In this document: piece after piece, positions 27,690-32,000 of the stretch
Position numbering within the stretch: the first letter of the stretch is position 1
Layout of the letters: each line of letters starts with the position of its first letter
NCBI GenBank assembly: GCA_030149205.1
Contig: JASBSB010000003.1
Span: 270,001-302,000, forward strand
Origin: Candidatus Heimdallarchaeota archaeon
GTDB lineage: Archaea; Asgardarchaeota; Heimdallarchaeia; Heimdallarchaeales; Kariarchaeaceae
Direction of reading: 5' to 3'
DNA length: 32,000 nt
Notes under the pieces: generated by a model
Told to the model about the DNA's origin: nothing
What the model saw: the letters and a program-made list of their open reading frames with translations, nothing else
Database searches by the model: none
Translations under genes and position numbers: made by a program

Positions 27690-28874
27690 ATGAATTTTAG
27701 AGACCTATTTCAAGACCAAATACAAAATAGAATTTATTTGGATAGCATATCACAAACTTTGATACCCAATCGAACAATTAGAGAGATATCAGAGTTTTTG
27801 AAGCATAACCCATTGACAACCAGTCCTTCAATTCATAAAGAATCGATCGACAATCAAGCATTAATAAATGGATGCAAATTTAAATTTCAAAAATTTCTAC
27901 AGCTGGACGAATTCTCAACCATTCTATTTACGAGTAGAGAAACCGCTTTAAATCAGGTTTTATATTCAATTATTTCTATTTCTCATAGGAACCAACTAAT
28001 TGGGTCAATTTGGGATGATAACACCATCCATTCTATCTTGATTGCTCATGAGAAATTAACGAAATCAACTTTACATTTATTTGATATTTGGGAAATAGAA
28101 GATGTTGAAAGCTATAAGCATAAATTACCAAGTAATGGTGTCATGATCTTAAACTCAGAATCATTAATAAGCACCAAAAGATATCCACTAGAGAAATTAC
28201 TTATGATTTCAAAAGCTATGGGCAATATTAACATCTTAGATGCATCATTTTCCGATTTCCAAGCCTTGCAAACGCTTCATGATCTTCAAATCGATATACT
28301 TATCATTGATACCCGGTATAATCTTTATACTCTCCCTGGATATTGCCAGGTGTTCTTTAAAACAAATTATCAGCTCGAACCTTTGTTGTACTCAAGTAAA
28401 AACATCACTCAGATAAATGCTCAGAAGTCATCATTTGAGGTCAGTACTGAACAAAACATTGAAGCTTTGGAATTTGAAAAAATTAATCCAGTTGTTGTAA
28501 CATCCTTAATTGAGTCGATGAATATCCTCCAGCAATATTCTGTGAAATCTATAGAAACTTATCTCTTAGATATTAAATCAGATTTGCTCTCCAACAGAAT
28601 TCTAAGTTCCCGAATTCCCCACCTAACTCTAAAAAATGCACCTTTGAATTTATTTATCCCAATTAATGTATCACCTTTTTCATCTCATGATGTTGCAATC
28701 CTCCTAGATGAAAACTACAATATCAAGGTCAGATCTGGCTTATTATGCTCACACTTGGGTGTTAACAAGTTGGGGGTCTCTGATTTGATTTTGCTATCAT
28801 TACAGTTCTATAATACTAAAAATGAAATTCAATTATTTTTAACCGCAATTGAAGAAATCTTCAATCCTGAATAA
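27690..28874 (+). CDS. Divergent SufS/CsdA-like class V aminotransferase-fold protein lacking the PLP-binding lysine (probable pseudoenzyme; ORF intact)
   Basis: IYLDSISQT, LFTSRETALN, ILDAS, SHDVAILLDENYNIKVRSGLLC, SLQFYNTKNEI are SufS landmarks; the SGHK position reads DTRY. ATG 27690 preferred over TTG 27663. Confidence 0.78.
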   Translation: MNFRDLFQDQIQNRIYLDSISQTLIPNRTIREISEFLKHNPLTTSPSIHKESIDNQALINGCKFKFQKFLQLDEFSTILFTSRETALNQVLYSIISISHRNQLIGSIWDDNTIHSILIAHEKLTKSTLHLFDIWEIEDVESYKHKLPSNGVMILNSESLISTKRYPLEKLLMISKAMGNINILDASFSDFQALQTLHDLQIDILIIDTRYNLYTLPGYCQVFFKTNYQLEPLLYSSKNITQINAQKSSFEVSTEQNIEALEFEKINPVVVTSLIESMNILQQYSVKSIETYLLDIKSDLLSNRILSSRIPHLTLKNAPLNLFIPINVSPFSSHDVAILLDENYNIKVRSGLLCSHLGVNKLGVSDLILLSLQFYNTKNEIQLFLTAIEEIFNPE

Positions 28875-28940
28875 AAATTTATTTAATCGGTTATTGTCCA
28901 TGATTATGATTTTATAACCCTAGAACAATAATTGTTTGTA

Positions 28941-29837
28941 ATGACTCTTTATGTTAAGTTTCATCCAAACTACATGGTTGAGATTATAGCTATCATGGGA
29001 AGGGTCAAAACAAAAAAAATTCACCTTCTAATAAACCCGGAAAGGGATTTAGATAAAACGCCAAACAACAAATATGAAATAGACCTACCAAAATTAACTC
29101 ATTTGTTTTTCATCAGAACAACCCCTGATTCAGGGCATCAATTTGAATTTATGAGAGACTTGTCTGAGACCTTGAATATCCCCATAATACTTGAAGATAG
29201 CGCATTACATAGAGCTACGGAACATCATATCAACCGTAGGCAGATTAGAACATTAACAGCTTTCAATGAGGTATACCCCAAGTTCAAATTAGGACTGATT
29301 AAGTATGAACCAAAGATCCATAATGCTGAATCTGAAAGAATCAAGTTTAAAAACGAAAAATCTGAGATTCAACAGACCCAAGATTTCATTATGAAGGTTA
29401 TCAACACAACCACCATAAGACCAATAAATTCAGTGTTTGCCCGCATTCCTCAAGGGTTCAAAAATATTTTCAGACCCATAAAAAGGATTCGACCAAAGCT
29501 TCCATTAATTGTTGATGAACCTGAGAGTGATCTGCTTTCATACTACCCAATGACTCTTAAAATTGAATTCAAAACGGACGTGTACTTTATCCCGTTAACT
29601 TCACATGGTAACAAACATATGCTTAGCTCCGCGAGACATTACCTTCCAAAAGTTGTGATAAAGACCCAACCGAGTATATCTGACATTCAAGACTTTAATG
29701 GGTTGGTTGAAAAGTTGGTTTTAATTGATAATAAAGTTGATAAGGATCAATTTGAAATTTCAGAATTTTTCAACCCTTCAATTCACACAAATATGACAAT
29801 TGGGGCATTAGGTCAATGGATAGAAATTAGTTTGTAA
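28941..29837 (+). CDS. Hypothetical protein, probable degenerate metallo-beta-lactamase (UPF0173/UlaG-like) fold
   Basis: By-eye alignment: MTLYVKFHPNYMVEI ~ MKITWLGHACFLI; HLLINP ~ ILIDP; IDLPKLTHLFFIRTTPDS ~ EDLPKIDxxLxSHxHxDH; C-terminal LGQWIEI ~ PGESIEL. Start uncertain (28932/28941/28974). Confidence 0.5.
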   Translation: MTLYVKFHPNYMVEIIAIMGRVKTKKIHLLINPERDLDKTPNNKYEIDLPKLTHLFFIRTTPDSGHQFEFMRDLSETLNIPIILEDSALHRATEHHINRRQIRTLTAFNEVYPKFKLGLIKYEPKIHNAESERIKFKNEKSEIQQTQDFIMKVINTTTIRPINSVFARIPQGFKNIFRPIKRIRPKLPLIVDEPESDLLSYYPMTLKIEFKTDVYFIPLTSHGNKHMLSSARHYLPKVVIKTQPSISDIQDFNGLVEKLVLIDNKVDKDQFEISEFFNPSIHTNMTIGALGQWIEISL

Positions 29838-29872
29838 TTAAATTTTTATTAGAATTAATTTCCCGTCCTATT

Positions 29873-31105
29873 TTACAAGTTAGGAGCAGTCATTTTAATA
29901 GAATCTTGAATTATGTTAAAAGCAGTGTCAATTTCATCTTTAGAAATAATTAAAGGAGGTGCAAACCTGATTGTTGTTTCATGTGTTTGCTTTGCTAACA
30001 ACCCTCTTTCTTTCATTGCAAGAACATAGGGTTTTGCTTTTCCTGCTGCGCTTGTAAACTCTATGGCAAGTAACAAACCTCTTCCTCTTACCTCCTTCAC
30101 AACTTGTGAAGGCAGAGTCTTTAATTTATCTAAGAAGTATTTACCATTTTCTTGAGATTTTTGAGCTAAGTTTTCTTCAACTAGCACATCAATTGCTGCG
30201 CTCCCTACAGCACATGCCAATGGGTTTCCACCAAATGTAGACCCATGTGACCCACTGCTTAACACAGACATCACCTCTTTAGACCCTAAAGTTGCAGAGA
30301 TAGGCATGATTCCACCTCCTAAAGCCTTTCCAACCAGCAAAATATCTGGTTGTACATCATCATACATAAAGCAGAAAGGTTTTCCAGTCCTACAGAAACC
30401 TGTTTGAATTTCATCTGCAATGAGGAGGATATTATTTTCCTGACAAACTTCATACACATTTTTTAAATAACCCTGAGGAGGGGTGATTACCCCCGCTTCT
30501 CCTTGTATAGGTTCAACCAAAAATGCAACTGTGTTTGGTGTAATAGCTGCTTTTAACGCATCAACGTCACCAAAAGGGATTTTTACAAAGCCAGGTGTTG
30601 CAGGACCAAAATCACCGTAAGTGTCTGGATCTGAGGAGAACCCAACAATGGTGGTTGTACGTCCATGAAAATTGTTTTCACAAACTATGATCTCAGCCTT
30701 ATCCTTTGGAACTTTCTTCTTCCAATATCCCCACCTTCTTGCCACCTTGATTCCGGTTTCAACTGCTTCAGCACCAGTATTCATGGGGCAAGCCATTTCA
30801 TATCCGGAGTACTCGCATAACTTTTGAAGAAATCCACCTAACTTGTCATTATAAAAAGCTCTTGAAGTAAGTGTAATCCTATTAAGTTGGTTCTCAGCTG
30901 CTTTTATTATGTTTGGATGGAGATGCCCCTGGTTTACTGCAGAATACGCTGATAAGCAATCAATGTATTTCTTGCCATCAACATCCCATACATAGATTCC
31001 TTCACCTTTAGATAATACAACAGGAATTGGAGTATAATTTGGGCTAGCCCATGTATTCTCCAATTTGATAAATTCTTGTGTTTTGGATTCATTTAATTGA
31101 GCCAT
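29873..31105 (-). CDS. rocD: Ornithine--oxo-acid aminotransferase (class III PLP)
   Basis: NYTPIPVVLSKGEG, YIDCLSAYSAVNQGHLHP, LTSRAF, MNTGAEAVETGIK, NFHGRT, EPIQGEAG, DEIQTG, GKALGGG, HGSTFGGNPL. Confidence 0.94.
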   Translation of the reverse strand: MAQLNESKTQEFIKLENTWASPNYTPIPVVLSKGEGIYVWDVDGKKYIDCLSAYSAVNQGHLHPNIIKAAENQLNRITLTSRAFYNDKLGGFLQKLCEYSGYEMACPMNTGAEAVETGIKVARRWGYWKKKVPKDKAEIIVCENNFHGRTTTIVGFSSDPDTYGDFGPATPGFVKIPFGDVDALKAAITPNTVAFLVEPIQGEAGVITPPQGYLKNVYEVCQENNILLIADEIQTGFCRTGKPFCFMYDDVQPDILLVGKALGGGIMPISATLGSKEVMSVLSSGSHGSTFGGNPLACAVGSAAIDVLVEENLAQKSQENGKYFLDKLKTLPSQVVKEVRGRGLLLAIEFTSAAGKAKPYVLAMKERGLLAKQTHETTIRFAPPLIISKDEIDTAFNIIQDSIKMTAPNL

Positions 31106-31246
31106 TTTGACAATTATCTATTGGTAACATTTTAAATTTCCGTTAGATTTACTCGCTAAATTTTTGATTTAGCATTTTTATGATTAAACAAGTTATTAAG
31201 AAACTTTAAAGAGGTTTAATAAGGTCAATTTAATTGTCATTTAAGT

Positions 31247-31435
31247 ATGAAAGCTTGTAGAAGATGCAGGACAATCAATCATGACAAAAACAATCCTCGC
31301 TGTGAACGATGCAACTCTACAGATTTAACCGTAGATTTTTCAGGTGTTGTCTATATCATTGATCCAGAAACATCTGAAATCGCCAAAAAGTTACAGATAG
31401 AAGAACCAGGGGAATATGCACTAAAAATTCGGTGA
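31247..31435 (+). CDS. spt4: Transcription elongation factor Spt4 (RpoE'')
   Basis: KACRRC...CERC zinc ribbon, DFSGVVYIIDPETSEIAK, PGEYALKIR. TTTAATAA at 31215-22 is 24 nt upstream of the ATG, consistent with a leaderless mRNA. Confidence 0.95.
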   Translation: MKACRRCRTINHDKNNPRCERCNSTDLTVDFSGVVYIIDPETSEIAKKLQIEEPGEYALKIR

Positions 31436-31439
31436 ACAT

Positions 31440-31970
31440 ATGCAGCCTTTACATCTAAAGCTCCCAGTAAAACTTAGGGAAAAATTATCCAACCCAATTG
31501 GAGATCTGCTTGTTGGAGAACCTAATGAGGTGATTCAATCATTTAAGGAGAAGTTCACAAGTTACAAGTACTTGATAACAGTTGGGGATGTCGTGTCACG
31601 CACTTTTTTAGAGGCAAATCTAAACCCAAACCTTATAATAACAGATGGACAGACAAAAAGAAGCAAATTAGAGAATAAATTAAACGTAAAGGGTTATAAA
31701 ATCAGTAGAACAGAATCCAAAGCAGCAGAAATTAGCAGAGAATCATGGATAGCTATTCAGGAGGCATTCCTTGATGTTTTTGAAAAGATCAACGTTCATA
31801 TAGAGGTAAAGGGGGAAGAAGATCTATTGGTTTTACCTGTAATATTAGAAGCCCCTGAGAATTCCCTCGTTATTTATGGGCAACCAAATGAAGGAGCTGT
31901 CGTTATTCGAGTAACACAATCAAAGAAATTTTTAATAAGAAAAATCATAGACGAGATGGAGATAATCTAA
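31440..31970 (+). CDS. GTP-dependent dephospho-CoA kinase (DUF359/COG1909)
   Basis: LREKLSNPIG, ITVGDVVS, ITDGQTKR, VKGEEDLLVLP, IYGQPNEG; canonical position after spt4. Confidence 0.92.
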   Translation: MQPLHLKLPVKLREKLSNPIGDLLVGEPNEVIQSFKEKFTSYKYLITVGDVVSRTFLEANLNPNLIITDGQTKRSKLENKLNVKGYKISRTESKAAEISRESWIAIQEAFLDVFEKINVHIEVKGEEDLLVLPVILEAPENSLVIYGQPNEGAVVIRVTQSKKFLIRKIIDEMEII

Positions 31971-31972
31971 AC

Positions 31973-32000
31973 ATGGATGTTAATATCATAGAACAAAAAG
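31973..32000 (+). CDS. rps24e: Start of 30S ribosomal protein S24e (3'-truncated by the window edge)
   Basis: ATG 2 nt after the DUF359 stop, reading MDVNIIEQK; matches the S24e N-terminal pattern and the conserved spt4-DUF359-rps24e order. Only 9 codons visible. Confidence 0.6.

Noticed and set aside
27663-28874. Calling the SufS-like gene a pseudogene
   Set aside because: No frameshift or internal stop, full length, and the Cys motif is retained; better treated as a pseudoenzyme.
1-32000. CRISPR arrays, tRNA/rRNA, transposases, integrases, defence systems
   Set aside because: No regularly spaced repeats, cloverleafs, rRNA-like tracts or matching protein motifs found on reading.

Overview
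AT-rich archaeal chromosomal window, gene-dense, with no rRNA, tRNA, CRISPR array or mobile element that I can see. Archaeal-type ValRS, PheRS, AlaRS, aIF5B, Spt4 and Rpl15e, together with a Rab-like GTPase and a PIG-B/Alg9-like mannosyltransferase, point to an Asgard archaeon, probably Heimdallarchaeia-like (inference). Housekeeping content: valS, pheST, alaS, an rpl15e-COG1325-rpp30-pop5 operon, ndk, infB, rocD, and spt4-dephospho-CoA kinase-rps24e. Three membrane-anchored or secreted proteases are present (two multidomain S8 subtilases with xGF-TM-basic C-termini and one metzincin). Best leads: (1) a PIG-B-like GT-C next to a C-terminally anchored surface protease, a possible proto-GPI or glycolipid anchoring system; (2) a textbook kink-turn at the 5' end of the rpl15e/RNase P operon abutting its Shine-Dalgarno, plus an unannotated box C/D sRNA at the operon's 3' end, both candidate L7Ae targets; (3) two adjacent apparent pseudoenzymes after infB (SufS-like without the PLP lysine, and MBL/UPF0173-like without metal ligands); (4) a Sulfolobus-type 7Fe ferredoxin missing two of its four Zn ligands. 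All family assignments come from motif recognition by eye, not from database searches.
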